A stretch of DNA of 51,964 nt from Girardia tigrina. Its lineage: Eukaryota. Each line of letters starts with the position of its first letter. Position 1 is the stretch's first letter. Under the pieces are notes generated by a model. The model was not told the origin of the DNA. It made no database searches and was given only the letters and a program-made list of their open reading frames with translations. The stretch lies in the NCBI GenBank assembly GCA_001938485.1, contig MQRK01246925.1, positions 1-51,964 on the forward strand. The letters are read 5' to 3'. Below, piece by piece: positions 39,133-51,155 of the stretch. Both the position numbers and the translations under genes were made by a program.

Positions 39133-40266
39133 TTAGGTTGGTCGAAACATAATGGCGGTTTTGGGACACAAACTTCAAAGACGTGCAAATTCACAGAAAC
39201 AAAAGTTTATTAATCAAAGTATGAACCGTTGGCATCAATACATTTTTGCCAACGAGAAACAAGTTGTTTTATTCCATCAGCATAAAATGCATCGGTTCTC
39301 GAAGCGACGAATTCTTAGAAGGCATTTTGTGCATCATTTTGGTTTTTACAAATGCCTGAAAAAGTAGAAGTCCGTTGGCGAGAGGTCTGGTGAATATGGT
39401 GGACGAAGCAGGGTTTCATAGCCCAACTTATTAAGCTTTTGAAGAGTCACTTTTGAAATATGAGGTCTAGCGTTATCATGAAGAAGGATGGGACTTTTTC
39501 GATTGACCAATCCCGGACAAAGGGTTTTGAATTTTTTAGGCATTTCATCAATTCCATAACAGTACCTCTCCGCTGTGATTGTTTCACCTGGATTCAAGAA
39601 ACTATAGTGGATGATTCCAGCATCACACCACCAAACTGTCACCATAATCTTACGGGGTGTTAGTTTCGGTTTTGNNNNNNNNNNNNNNNNNNNNNNNNNN
39701 NNNNNNNNNNNNNNNNNNNNNNNNNNNNNNNNNNNNNNNNNNNNNNNNNNNNNNNNNNNNNNNNNNNNNNNNNNNNNNNNNNNNNNNNNNNNNNNNNNNN
39801 NNNNNNNNNNNNNNNNNNNNNNNNNNNNNNNNNNNNNNNNNNNNNNNNNNNNNNNNNNNNNNNNNNNNNNNNNNNNNNNNNNNNNNNNNNNNNNNNNNNN
39901 NNNNNNNNNNNNNNNNNNNNNNNNNNNNNNNNNNNNNNNNNNNNNNNNNNNNNNNNNNNNNNNNNNNNNNNNNNNNNNNNNNNNNNNNNNNNNNNNNNNN
40001 NNNNNNNNNNNNNNNNNNNNNNNNNNNNNNNNNNNNNNNNNNNNNNNGAAAATTGCTCGAATTTTAATTTTTTTCCATTATTAATTTAGCACCGTAAATA
40101 TTCTAAAAAATAACAGCAATATGTTAATAATGGCTATAGGAATATACAGGTAGGCATAAGATTTCAGATAATATCTAACACTAATGCATTTAAACTTATA
40201 TACATATCAAAGTAGATAAACAAAGTATAAAGCTCAAAAACCGCCATTATTTTTCGACCAACCTAA
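39133..40266 (-). mobile_element. Cecropia/Hsmar1-type mariner (middle in N-gap)
   Basis: TIRs ttaggttggtcgaaa(c/a)ataatggcggtttt with TA duplication. Transposase 39346-39645 reads MVTVWW...ILLHDNARPH...PPYSPDLSPTDFYFFRHL (DD34D), with a premature stop. Confidence 0.93.
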
Positions 40267-40739
40267 TACATAAAACAAACCTTCTTCTTTCACGTAAATT
40301 TAAATTTTTTTCTTTCAAAAAATTTTTCCAGGAAATCTTTTTGTTTTTTTCAAATAGCTTGTGAAAAGCACATGCCAAAGACTGCAAGTTTTTAAAAAGT
40401 ATTTTACTCAAAAACAAATATTTACAAGTTATTCTACTCAAACTTATGGTCTAAATAAGCAACTTTTCGATATTTTAAGAAACGAAGCAGTTCCCGGATA
40501 ATTCTTGAAAGACACAACTTGATTGGGAAACTGTTTTTGTGGAAAACATCAGTTTTCTTTACCAATTTCTATTTTTCCAATCTATAACGTCTTATAATTT
40601 TGGTTTTCATGGACAAGTAGCATTCCAAAATGTAAAAAAATAAAAAATTCATTAAAAAAATCAATATTTCGGCGTCTTTCTCTCCGTAAATGAAATTATC
40701 ACTTTATAAAACGTAATTATCGATCAAATCGAAACTCAC

Positions 40740-40859
40740 AGGATCGACTTCCACTCCTAAACCGTCGTAATAAATGATTCCCATTTGAAAAATACATTGA
40801 AAGTCCGACATTTTGTCAATTCCTCCTTTAAAATAGTAAATACTTTCTCCATATTCCTC
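40740..40859 (-). CDS. LRP2BP: LRP2BP coding exon 2
   Basis: ttttag acceptor and gtgagt donor; 120 nt. Encodes EEYGESIYYFKGGIDKMSDFQCIFQMGIIYYDGLGVEVDP (QxGxxYYDGLG). Confidence 0.93.
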
Positions 40860-40909
40860 CTAAAACACATTTAATTCATTCTTAATTCAATGTTTTTCGG
40901 TAAAAAAAC

Positions 40910-41128
40910 TCTTTCGAAAAACAGTTGTCCCAGCTGGAAATAGGCCTCGTATTGGCCGGCATAGATCTGACTGATGAGATATGTTTCCAATTTACTATTT
41001 AACAATTGCGGATTTAATTTATCACACGAATCTATTATTCCCGCAGCGATGAGATTTTCGATGAGTTTCGGTTGATAGTTGCAACGTTCCAATTTGAGTG
41101 ACGCTCGTTTTTTGGAATACGTCGACAT
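40910..41128 (-). CDS. LRP2BP: LRP2BP coding exon 1
   Basis: ATG at 41128; 73 codons ending AYFQLGQLFFER; a 50-nt GT-AG intron follows. Confidence 0.88.
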
Positions 41129-42565
41129 TTATTACTAACGGATTTTTGTAATAAATTGAAAGTTGTCACTAGTTGTTATGGAAATGACCTCGATGTGATT
41201 ATTATAACAAAAGTCGATAAATAGGATTAATTAATCTGTGATATTTATTTTTAATAAATATTTCAAAATCGGTTTTTTTATTATAAAAATCTTAATTTTT
41301 TTCGAATTTATTATTTATTTTTATTTTTTAATTCGAATTGAATGAAAGAAATATTTTTTTAAATTGAAATTTCTTAAGAAATTTATTTCTCGAATTATAT
41401 GTCATTATAAAAACTGTTTAATTTCAGTTGGAAATTTTTCTGTCATAATTATTGAAGATTTTGATTTATTGGATAATGAAATGTACAAATTTTTTCAGAT
41501 AGATTGTAAAATTATGATTTTATAAGCATTTATTTTCAACCATGGTTAAATGTTTTTACTTTGCTATTAATAGTAAATATAAATTACTAAAAAATCAATT
41601 AAAATATGATCAATTTTAATAATTTTTAATTGTTAATTATCTATTTGAATTTTATTACATTATGTAACTATAAAATCTAATAAAATATGATAACAAAATC
41701 GTAACAAAATATCAAAATATAATTATAATCATAGCTTAAAATAATAGTCAGCAAAGATTTTGTCAGCGAAATTGTTCGTACAATAAATGAAACATAATTC
41801 AAAATAAAATTACATTGCTATTTATGCTCTAACCATCCTAAAGCGAAATATCTTTTAAACTTAAAATTCTTCAGCAAAAGCAAGACTTGTTAATTTTTTT
41901 TCAATGCAATCGCTTATCGATTATAATAAATCTTGTGAATTTGTAGCCAGCGAGATAATAAATTACGATTTCAAACTGATAAAACATGACGAAGCATTTC
42001 ATTATTAACTTCTTGTTTCAGAAAAGAGATCAAAGTTCAGGTTTACGGAAAACAGTGTGATAAGCAAATAGTTAAAAGATTTGAAAATGCATAACTTACA
42101 TTGAAGATTTACACGAATCAGAATACTTATATACATATTTACGAAAGAAACTTGATTTTGAGTCAGCAATTTAGTCAAAAGGGAATACTAACTCTACAAA
42201 GTTAGAATTTGCGAATATAAAATTTAAGATTGATAAAAAATGGCAGCTATAAATATACTTAATAAATATCATAAATGTAATTAATTTTTATAATTAGTTT
42301 TATTTTGAGTAAATATGTTAAATATTGGTTTTGTATTAAGTGAAACTTGTTAAAATTAATTTCCTTAAGGTTATTTTATCAAAAACAAATATAAATTTAA
42401 TTATTGATAAATTATAGAGATTTATTTTCTTTTGTTTTCTAAAATTCAAATGACTTTTTGTAACACGCAAAAAGTTTATTTTCAAAAACAATGTTTAATT
42501 GATAATATTTAAACAAAATATTTATCAAAAAAGCATATATTAAATATTTGAAATAATCAAAATAT

Positions 42566-45466
42566 CTAATATCCAACACTCCCATCAGATTCGTCCACAG
42601 AAGAATCTGAATCCACAATGTAATCATTTAGATAAGACGGTCTTTGTCTTTCTCTTCTAGGCCTATTGTTCAATGATTGTTCCTCTTGTGTTTGATTGTC
42701 TGGTAATGATGCAGTTTCCTCCATATTCATATAGTATGACTTGGAATTTTCAAACAAGTCAGGCTGTCTAGGTCGAATGTCTGCTATATGTCTTGGACCG
42801 CAAAAGCCGTTGCAATTTACTAGATATTTCCTTTGATCTATTCTCTTCACGACAACAACCTTGGCCCATTGCTGTGTACATGGTGTACTGTTTTCCGGTT
42901 TTACCCACACTAATTGATTCTCTACATAATCTGGATTTCCACAAAACGGTTCCTTTTCACTTCTTTCAATTATATCTAACCCTATGGGCAAATAGCTATA
43001 CAGCGCCGAGCTTGGTGTTTCTTTTCCTTCAGATGGTGTGTTATTATACCACCATAAGGCTTCCAATATGCTGATATTTGATCTGGACGCAATTCTTTTG
43101 ATTGTTCTAAGATTCCTTTCTATTATTCCGTTGCAGTTAGGTCGATTGATGGCACGATACATGACTCGAACGTTCCACTTTTCCATTAACTTGTTGAATT
43201 CTAATGAATGAAACGTGGTATAATTATCAATAATTAGTTCCTTGGGAGACCCGCGTTCATAGAACAAACTTGAAAATTCTGAGACAATTGACTTGATGTC
43301 TTCAGCCTTAATTAATTTACATATCGCAAAGCAAGAAGGACCACAATCGATTTTACTTAAAATTTTTTGTTGATTGTACTTTGTAACATCCGCAGCAAGT
43401 CTTGTCCAGTTTTCGTTGACACTCAGCCTACCGGTTTTCCATTTTACGGGTGCCGGATCGATAGATTGACATTTTTGACATCTTGAAATCAGATCCTTGA
43501 TATCCGCGTTTGACACACCTATTCCTTGCTTCGCACATAGATATCGCATTCTGTTTGCGCCTAAATGACACTTATCATGAAGTTACTGCAGCTTGAGTAG
43601 ATCGTCCGTAACCGATAAAAAACAATTGCTTCTTTTTAATTGTCTTGGGATTCTTGTCAACTCGTCCGCCTTGTTATCTTCGCTATTAACAAACTCGATC
43701 TTCAACTCGATTTCATACTCCTGACACAGTTCCTTGATCATCGACAGTCTTCGTTTTATTAAAAGCTCAGATGAAGCCTTGGTATTTAATTTTTCGCGAT
43801 CTGAGATTGTTGTGGTTACCCACGAAACTACTGACTTATTATCCGATTTTACTATCACGCTCCTTAAACCCCATTTCACACATAAGTTTAAACCATTTAC
43901 AACTGCTTCTAGTTCTGCTACAACAATATGTCTAGAATCATCAGTTTTTCTCAACTATGATGCGTCCTCGATTATGTTCCCTTGACTTCTAACACCACAC
44001 CAATGGCTATTGAATTTGCTTCGCACCATATAATACCTTCCCTGCAGACATCAATGGCCCATAAACCTCTGCAAGGATCACTCTCCCTCACTATCTTTAA
44101 AACACATTTAATCTTCTCGAATAATTCTTCGTTTATCTTCTCATCCCACTTTCCCTCACTAAGTCGGTTAAGATATGAACATGATGGACGTAGTCAATTA
44201 GCTACCGGATGTATTCCTACTAATTGTCCACATAACGAATATATCTCACGACGTGAAATTGATTCCACATCCAACTCTTCCCTTACCTGATTGTCCCTTT
44301 TGAATCTCGCTACATGTTGGTCCTTAAAGACTTTCATTCCTAAAACTCGAACTTCGTTGGCTTGTGACAGATTTTCCGGTTTCTTACATTTGAGACCGAA
44401 GTTATTGAACACTTTTTCTACTTCTTCAACAGAAATGAAACTTTCATTTACATAAATATCATCAATATAATTGTCTGTATTTTCACTCATCCTGGTGTCA
44501 GAGTTCAGAATCCACCTGACGATTTCGGTCATTATAGTTGGTGCAATGTTTAAACCAAAACCCATTCTAGTTAAAGCATATTTCTTGTTATTAATGAAAC
44601 AAGATTGGTAACGCCACATGTCCTTATGAACATGAATCTGCATGTACGCCTCTGACAAATCAAGCATTGAAAAAGTCGAACCCCTACGTCGCCAATCACG
44701 GAGCTTTTCTAAACATATGTCCGCAGAACCACTATAAACGTCCACGTAATTGTTTAATTTTCTAAAATCAAAAATGGGTCTTATCTTGGACTTATTAACC
44801 TGTAATATTCAAAATATCGGTATGGATCCTATCGATTTACCCATTTCCTTCTCATTGTACTCGATTAGATAACCCTTTTCTACTCAACCGTCTAAAATTT
44901 TCAATGTTGCAGCATCTTTTAATTTGTTGTCCTTAAAAACTGACTGACGATTCGGAAGATGACTCGGAGCCTCACTTTTCCAATTCCATTTAATCGACCA
45001 ACTTTCCTTAACTCAATTTCAAAATTATGCTTTTTTATACCAACAAGAGGCGCATCCGATGCAGTACAACTCAAGCTACTATCTATCCCTATAATTTCTT
45101 CTTCGCCGAACTCAATAACACCCTTATTAATTCTCACACCGCCCAATTTAGCTATGATATCCATGCCTATTAAGATCCCTAGACCATACGACAAATGTTC
45201 CATGACCGGACATTCCACCCTAATGATCCTACCATTTATATTCAGCCGCACTTCACCAGAACCCACTCTAACACCCTTTCCATGTGCGAAAACCATACTT
45301 TCTCCGTCAGAAAACAACATACAATCACTAACTAACCTTTTTAAAACAACCGTTTTCGAACAACCAGAATCAATCAACGCTGTTGCTGACCTGTCATTTA
45401 CTGTGACGATCATCGTCGGCAACGCCTGTAACTCTGAAGGGAGAGAGCCGGCGCCTACAAACTGTC
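42566..45466 (-). mobile_element. LTR retrotransposon pol in PR-RT-RH-IN (Ty3/Gypsy) order, disrupted
   Basis: Protease ALIDSGC (44919-45422); RT LDLSEAYMQ, RMGFGLNIAP, YIDDI (44194-44745); RNase H HIVVAELEA, SDNKS, NKADELTR; integrase HDKCH..CQKC, D..DNY..NGIIER. gggag followed by TGTTGG at 42578 may be the PPT and 3' LTR start. Confidence 0.92.
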
Positions 45467-46571
45467 ATATTTACTATTTCATTTTCTGTTGTTTTATTTG
45501 TGTTTGTATTGTCTGTTTGTATTGATTGTGATTCTGTTTTTGTTGTTGTTTGGGTTATTTTATTTACTGATGAAGGGTTTGCTTGGATTGATTTTTCGAT
45601 CGTAAATACGGTGGTGATTGCTTTCGTCTGCGTTGTTTGTGATTTGAGTAACTTAGTCTTGTCTTCGGTTTGTGTTCGGTCATCTTTTGAAATTCTGATT
45701 GTATCGTTTGATTGTGTGTAGTTATCTACTAATTGTTTTGTAAGTGTGTGTTCTGTTTGTGACTGTACGTCTTTATTCGCTGATTTCTTACAAAGATCAA
45801 ATTGATTTTTTGATTGTAAAAATTTTTCTTCTGTTTTTGTATATTTGATTGAAGAGAGTGGTTTTTTTGGATAAGATTNNNNNTTTGTAGAATTTCTGTT
45901 GTATTCTTTTGTATTTGTTACATTTGTTTTTGTAAACATATAATTGTTTGCATTTTTCTTTAGTTTTGAATTGTAAAATGTTCGTATTCTAGGTTGGTTT
46001 CTCATCAATTCTTTTCTTGATTTGAATGAGCACGGATTTACGCAATTGAATGCCTTTTCATTGAACTTTTTATGATACCAGCATAAATTAGTCTCTCTCT
46101 CAATTGNNNNNNNNNNNNNNNNNNNNNNNNNNNNNNNNNNNNNNNNNNNNNNNNNNCTCTCTCAATTGGTTTGTTCGGATTGTGATATTTGTGATTTTCA
46201 CGTGACTCGATGAAGTACTTTGATTTAATTTCGTAATTTTCTTTTCTTAGTTCTGTAATTTCTAATTTAAGTCTTTTATTTTCCATCTCCATGTTTTCTA
46301 ATTTGGTGATTATTTGCTTAAGTAGATGTACATTGGAATTTTTTATTGTGTTGTTGACGTCTGGTTTGTTATGATGAGTTTTTTCTTCGTGTTTGTACTG
46401 TGGTATGTGTGTATTGTTGAAATTAATAGTTAGGTTATTTATATGATTTGAATATTTGTTTGTTTGTGTTTGGATTGTATTTTTTATTGTAAAAATAAGT
46501 TCTTTGTATGAATGAGAGTTTATTTTGTGTGGAGGCATTAAGGTATTTTTGTGAAAGTGAATATAATGCAA
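45467..46571 (-). CDS. Gag-like ORF of a second LTR element (coiled coil, CWYH zinc motif, tandem TQT motifs), 3'-truncated
   Basis: Merging the ctctctcaattg overlap across the 46107-46156 gap joins ORFs 46038-46571 and 45394-46008: ...PIERETNLCWYHKKFNEKAFNCVNPCSFKSRKELMRNQ... Confidence 0.65.
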
Positions 46572-46634
46572 GGTCGTAAATGTTTCTTGTGATGTAGTGT
46601 TATGTGATAGAGGTCGTACGTGGGTACAATTGTA

Positions 46635-46695
46635 ACTTCTGACACCAATTTGTAAAAATAGAGATTTGAAAGGGTTGGCAAATCTCTATTTTTAC
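46635..46695 (-). promoter_or_regulatory. LTR 3' end (...TTTTACA), primer-binding site TGGTGTCAGAAGT and a U5 hairpin
   Basis: The minus strand reads ctctatttttaca-aat-tggtgtcagaagt; a perfect 17-bp inverted repeat lies at 46652-46668 / 46679-46695. Confidence 0.7.
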
Positions 46696-47378
46696 CAATA
46701 AATAAAAGAATACTTATCAAAGTCGTAAACGTATTAATAAAAAAAACAATCAGTGAACAAAAATATTAAAATAATTAATAAAATAAAAAATAAAAATAAC
46801 CTCATTTAATAAGAATTTATTAACATTAATAAATACATCCAACTAATAATAAGATTATTATCACTCGATTATTTCTTTGATAATCTCTATGCTAACGATT
46901 ATTCAAATTAATTGTTTGATTACATATTTTCTGTTGAATTGCATTTTTTCCAAATTTTACAAAATAAAAGGAATGAAAGTGGTTTTATTAGATTCGTTTT
47001 AATTCGTAAATAAGGCGCTAATATTGAGCTCTAATTTTTGTGATAAAATTNNNNNNNNNNNNNNNNNNNNNNNNNNNNNNNNNNNNNNNNNNNNNNNNNN
47101 NNNNNNNNNNNNNNNNNNNNNNNNNNNNNNNNNNNNNNNNNNNNNNNNNNNNNNNNNNNNNNNNNNNNNNNNNNNNNNNNNNNNNNNNNNAACTGTTTTC
47201 TAAATAATCTCTGATTACACAAATCGTTGCCAAAAGATTCAAAATTTCCTTTCGATTCGCTGAGCAATTATTCTTTGATCTTATGATAAAACTGCATTCA
47301 ATAATTTTATGAGAAGAATAAAAAACATATCTCCAGCTAATATTTGTGTTTCATACACTGAATGGAAAACGTGAACGA

Positions 47379-47838
47379 TGTAGTAAGAGACTACACATAT
47401 ACATATACATACAGATTATTGATCAAGTAAAAAAAAGTAAAAATATCGTTGTTGTTGCCGCGGTCTGTGTCGCTCTGTTAACGCCTCTTTTCTTTTCACT
47501 GACATTATTGAGGTAATAACAGTAATCATTGATGTTGCATTCACAAAAGCGCGATTGGATAAAATAAACAANACAAATTCCACAAAATATAGCCAAATAC
47601 CCTCTTCTTTCAGCCGCAAATCACCAATGACAGTTTCAATAATTTTAGACTTTTCATGTTGCACCTGTCATCGTTCACGTCCTAAAATCGCAGTCTCTCT
47701 CTTGGGAGATAGAGAGCTCGAAAAACAACGAACATAACGACAAGCAAATCACACACCATGAACCAGCACAATCACACACAAACAAAAATGTAAACTGATA
47801 TGAGACACTGTGGTGTCTGAAGTAGTGGGTGCACTACA
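47379..47838. mobile_element. Probable solo LTR (460 bp)
   Basis: Termini TGTAGT...ACTACA, GC-richer than the flanks, with an internal PBS-like tggtgtctgaagt; no target-site duplication visible. Confidence 0.45.
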
Positions 47839-48060
47839 ATTATCAATAAACTTTGACTTTAGTTATACAAATTTCAAAGTTGAAGACCTAATGAATATTT
47901 ATAAATCGAAAAACTGAATCAGTCTTTATTGATCTAACATAACCATAGTACTTTAAATTGTGTATTTGGTTATGGGTTCCCATCGGTTTGAGAGTGTTAT
48001 CAGCATTGATATTATCTTCGATAATGTTTGATTCTAGATTAGAAATCATAATATCACAAT

Positions 48061-48787
48061 AAATTCGGACACTGATTCGTAATGTGGTTTCCATTATTAC
48101 AAATGAAACACTTTTAGCGCTCGGCTCTACAGAATCAGGCTATGTACTCCGGATTGTTACACCTGAAACGCTTTCCATCTGTCCGACGATCCGTAAATCG
48201 TATCCTATTGCCCGGTTCCCCATCATTAATCGCCCTTATTTCCAGAATAGAAACGATGACCCCGAAACTGATCATACCACACCATACACGGCTTTAATTT
48301 GATTATAGACTGTGCCATCACGATTATATTGGCTAACGGCAGATCATCCAGCAAACAGGCTGACATTGTTTGCTGCTGTACCGAGATTGGCAGCCCAAAT
48401 ATAACCGCATTCTTTACTCATTCTTCACAAGCATTAGAATCATTTACATGTACTAACCTTTATCAGTCAGCCACGAGCCCGTCCACCGGCTCGATCAATG
48501 AGCCTCGTTGTGCGCTAACCTCCTATGGCATAATTCACCAAACGCTGCAACTCGATCAATACAAAATGTCTTCTTCAGTGCGCGTTTTAGCTCCGAATAC
48601 TCTCGTTTCACGCTCTCTAATAGCCCGTCATACACAATGAACGTTCCTCCAGATAAAAACAGCAGTATAAGCGATTTTATTTTTTCTCCAACTTCTGGAA
48701 ACGGGCCATCAGCTCAAATTTGGAGATACATTCTGCAAAATCGTCTGTACCGTCGTATCGGCTGATCACATACCCTGACTTAATCAT
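48061..48787 (-). pseudogene. Decayed retrotransposon gag with two CCHC knuckles
   Basis: MIKSGYVISRYDGTDDFAECISKFELMARFQK...LLFLSGGTFIVYDGL...LKKTFCIDRVAAFGELCHRRL...EPVDGLVAD...AVIFGLP, ending CFICNNGNHITNQCP. Upstream, ...cataaca-agctatcgcgacgag looks like an LTR end plus PBS. Confidence 0.8.
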
Positions 48788-49610
48788 TATACTCGTCGCG
48801 ATAGCTTGTTATGATATACATCAAAATATAAATGCCAACGATGCGAAAAAGATATATTTAATTGCACTACAGGACAAAACACTCGATTTCAAAATCACGC
48901 ACTTTTACACTTCAGTTAAACAGTTAAACAAATAATCTCAGTATATTTAGTTAATCATTTTCTTCATCCCATATACTAAGCATGATTTAATGGTGATATA
49001 ATAATTAATTTGTAATGGTCAATCTATTATTTTCTTTTTTCTTTTGATTAAATTGTTATTTAAAGTGTTATTGTACTAACTTAATTTTTAAACTTTAAAT
49101 ATAATTTTTAATATTTTCGGTAAAAGCTTAACGAAAAGAAATAATTTTTATTTAATTTTATTTAAATATTTATAACACAACCTTCCACAATAGAATTGTG
49201 GGTGACACTATTCATAGCTTTTGTCTAATGTAAACGAATAAAGAATTAGTAATTTAGTACCTGAAAAGTAACATTTATATTTAATTAGAGTTGAATAAAA
49301 ATAGAATTTAATAGGTGGACTTTAATAAAGACATTTTCTAACCAGACATCTTTTCATCCAAATTAATTTTTAAAGTATAAAGAATTTTTTGTAACTTGAG
49401 GTATACGAAATTTTAATAGTTTACCATTTTTAAAAATTCAAGCCTTAGAAAGATGTATTGAAAACGTCAATTTTCTACATCTCTACACTTGTTACGAGTA
49501 GTTTACAAAAAGAAAGTACTTATAAAGTAAAATATATAAATAAAATCTAATTAATATATAAATATATAATGAAAATAACGGCTATTTTTGAATATTAAAT
49601 TTATTCGCAA

Positions 49611-49647
49611 TACATACGCGTTTCACCATTTCGGCATCTTCAGTGCA
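49611..49647 (-). ncRNA. Minimal type I hammerhead ribozyme (PLE-type)
   Basis: UGCA CUGAAGA U GCC-gaaau-GGU GAAACGC GUA/UGUA: intact core, palindromic ACGCGU stem III, GUA triplet. Confidence 0.75.
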
Positions 49648-50499
49648 ATGAAATAAAGTGATTAATTACTATTTATTTAGTTGAAAAACTATTACATGAT
49701 ACGTCTCAAAAACATGCTTTTTTTCCTTTTTTTTAAGAAAAAAAGAAGAAAAGTATTTTAATGATATTTAAAACAAGTTAATAAAAAGTCTAGTGACAAT
49801 TTAAGCGCAATTTCCTTATGTTATTCGGTGCCCAAATATTAAAACGTTTATATCAGTATTTGACTATGATTAATTTTTTGTGACCGAACGAAAGGATATT
49901 TTTGAAAACTTTCTTCGGCAAATTGTTCTAAATTATTGCAGGAATCGATTGGTAAATGTTTCAAGTCGCTATATAAAATTAATTAATTAATCCATATGAA
50001 ATTAATAGTTGTCTATTAATTATTAAAACGTTTATATCAGTATTTGACTATGATTAATTTTTTGTGACCGAACGAAAGGATATTTTTGAAAACTTTCTTC
50101 TGCAATATTGTTTTAAATTATTGCAGGAATCGATTGGTAAATGTTTCAAGTCGCTATGTGATCTGGTTGCCGAGATATAGGCCAAAAACTGCATTTTTTC
50201 GAGGTTTTTTGGATTTTCCGGGAAATCCAGGAAGGAATTCCGGGAATTTTTTTGCCCACAATCATCCTCCGAACTTGCTTAACATATTTGCTTTTGGAAC
50301 TAGCCCTCGATATTACTTCGTTGAGGAGGAGATACGACTTAAAGCTGCGGACACACATCCATCCACACAGAAATAACCAATTAATAATCGCAATTGTCAG
50401 TATGGAAATTGCGCTAAAAAGGAAAAAAAAGCATGTTTTTGAGACGTATGATGTAATAGTTTTCAACTATATAAATAGTAATTAATCACTTTATTTCAT

Positions 50500-50536
50500 T
50501 GCACTGAAGATGCCGAAATGGTGAAACGCGTTTGTA
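50500..50536 (+). ncRNA. Minimal type I hammerhead ribozyme (PLE-type)
   Basis: Same fold as 49611-49647, with a GUU triplet. Confidence 0.72.
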
Positions 50537-51155
50537 TTGTGAATAAATTTAATATTCAAAAATGGCCTTTGTTTTCATTATTAATTAAAATGCCATTATC
50601 AGTTCTATATATATATATATATTAAAATATATAAATATTATATTAATTAAAAATATAATTTTTAAGTAAATATTATATTGAGTGAGGAAAATATAACCGC
50701 TGTTTTGAATTAGTGTTTATTGTAAATTCTGCTTCGAAGAATCATTCGAATTAAAATTTTCAATTATATCAAAAAACCAATTTTTAATTCCAAGAAAATG
50801 TATTCATACACCAAATCAAAATTATTAAAACAAAATTAATTGTTTTTATTTTTTTATATTAGTTTTTAAATTTCTGGAAAAAATATTATTTAGATTACCA
50901 AACCCATATAATATAAACATTTTAATAAATGTCACTATTTTAATTTTTTTAACTAGGTTTTTTTTAATTTTCTATGAAACTTTTACGCTAATTTAATAAA
51001 AATTTAATTATAATAAAATCATTTTAAATATCAAAAATTTCAGTTTAACTTTTAATCCCTATCAGTAATGTTGCTTGTCAACGGTTATTTATTCCTTAAC
51101 ATTATATAATTATTATTAATAAGAAGAAATTTTTAAGTGTATTTTATAAATAAAC

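Larger units (their letters stand above)
49565..50582. mobile_element. Non-coding element with ~165-bp inverted arms (PLE pLTR-like), each containing a hammerhead
   Basis: 49565-49732 is the inverse of 50417-50582; an internal ~135-bp direct repeat lies at 49837-49970 and 50021-50157. Confidence 0.75.

Noticed and set aside
42793-48935. Plus-strand ORFs (e.g. 44959-45525, 48299-48640)
   Set aside because: Antisense shadows of the minus-strand pol and gag.
50086-50485. Overlapping 77-106 aa ORFs inside the hammerhead element
   Set aside because: Present on both strands, mostly with non-ATG starts and no motifs; consistent with chance in a GC-richer repeat.
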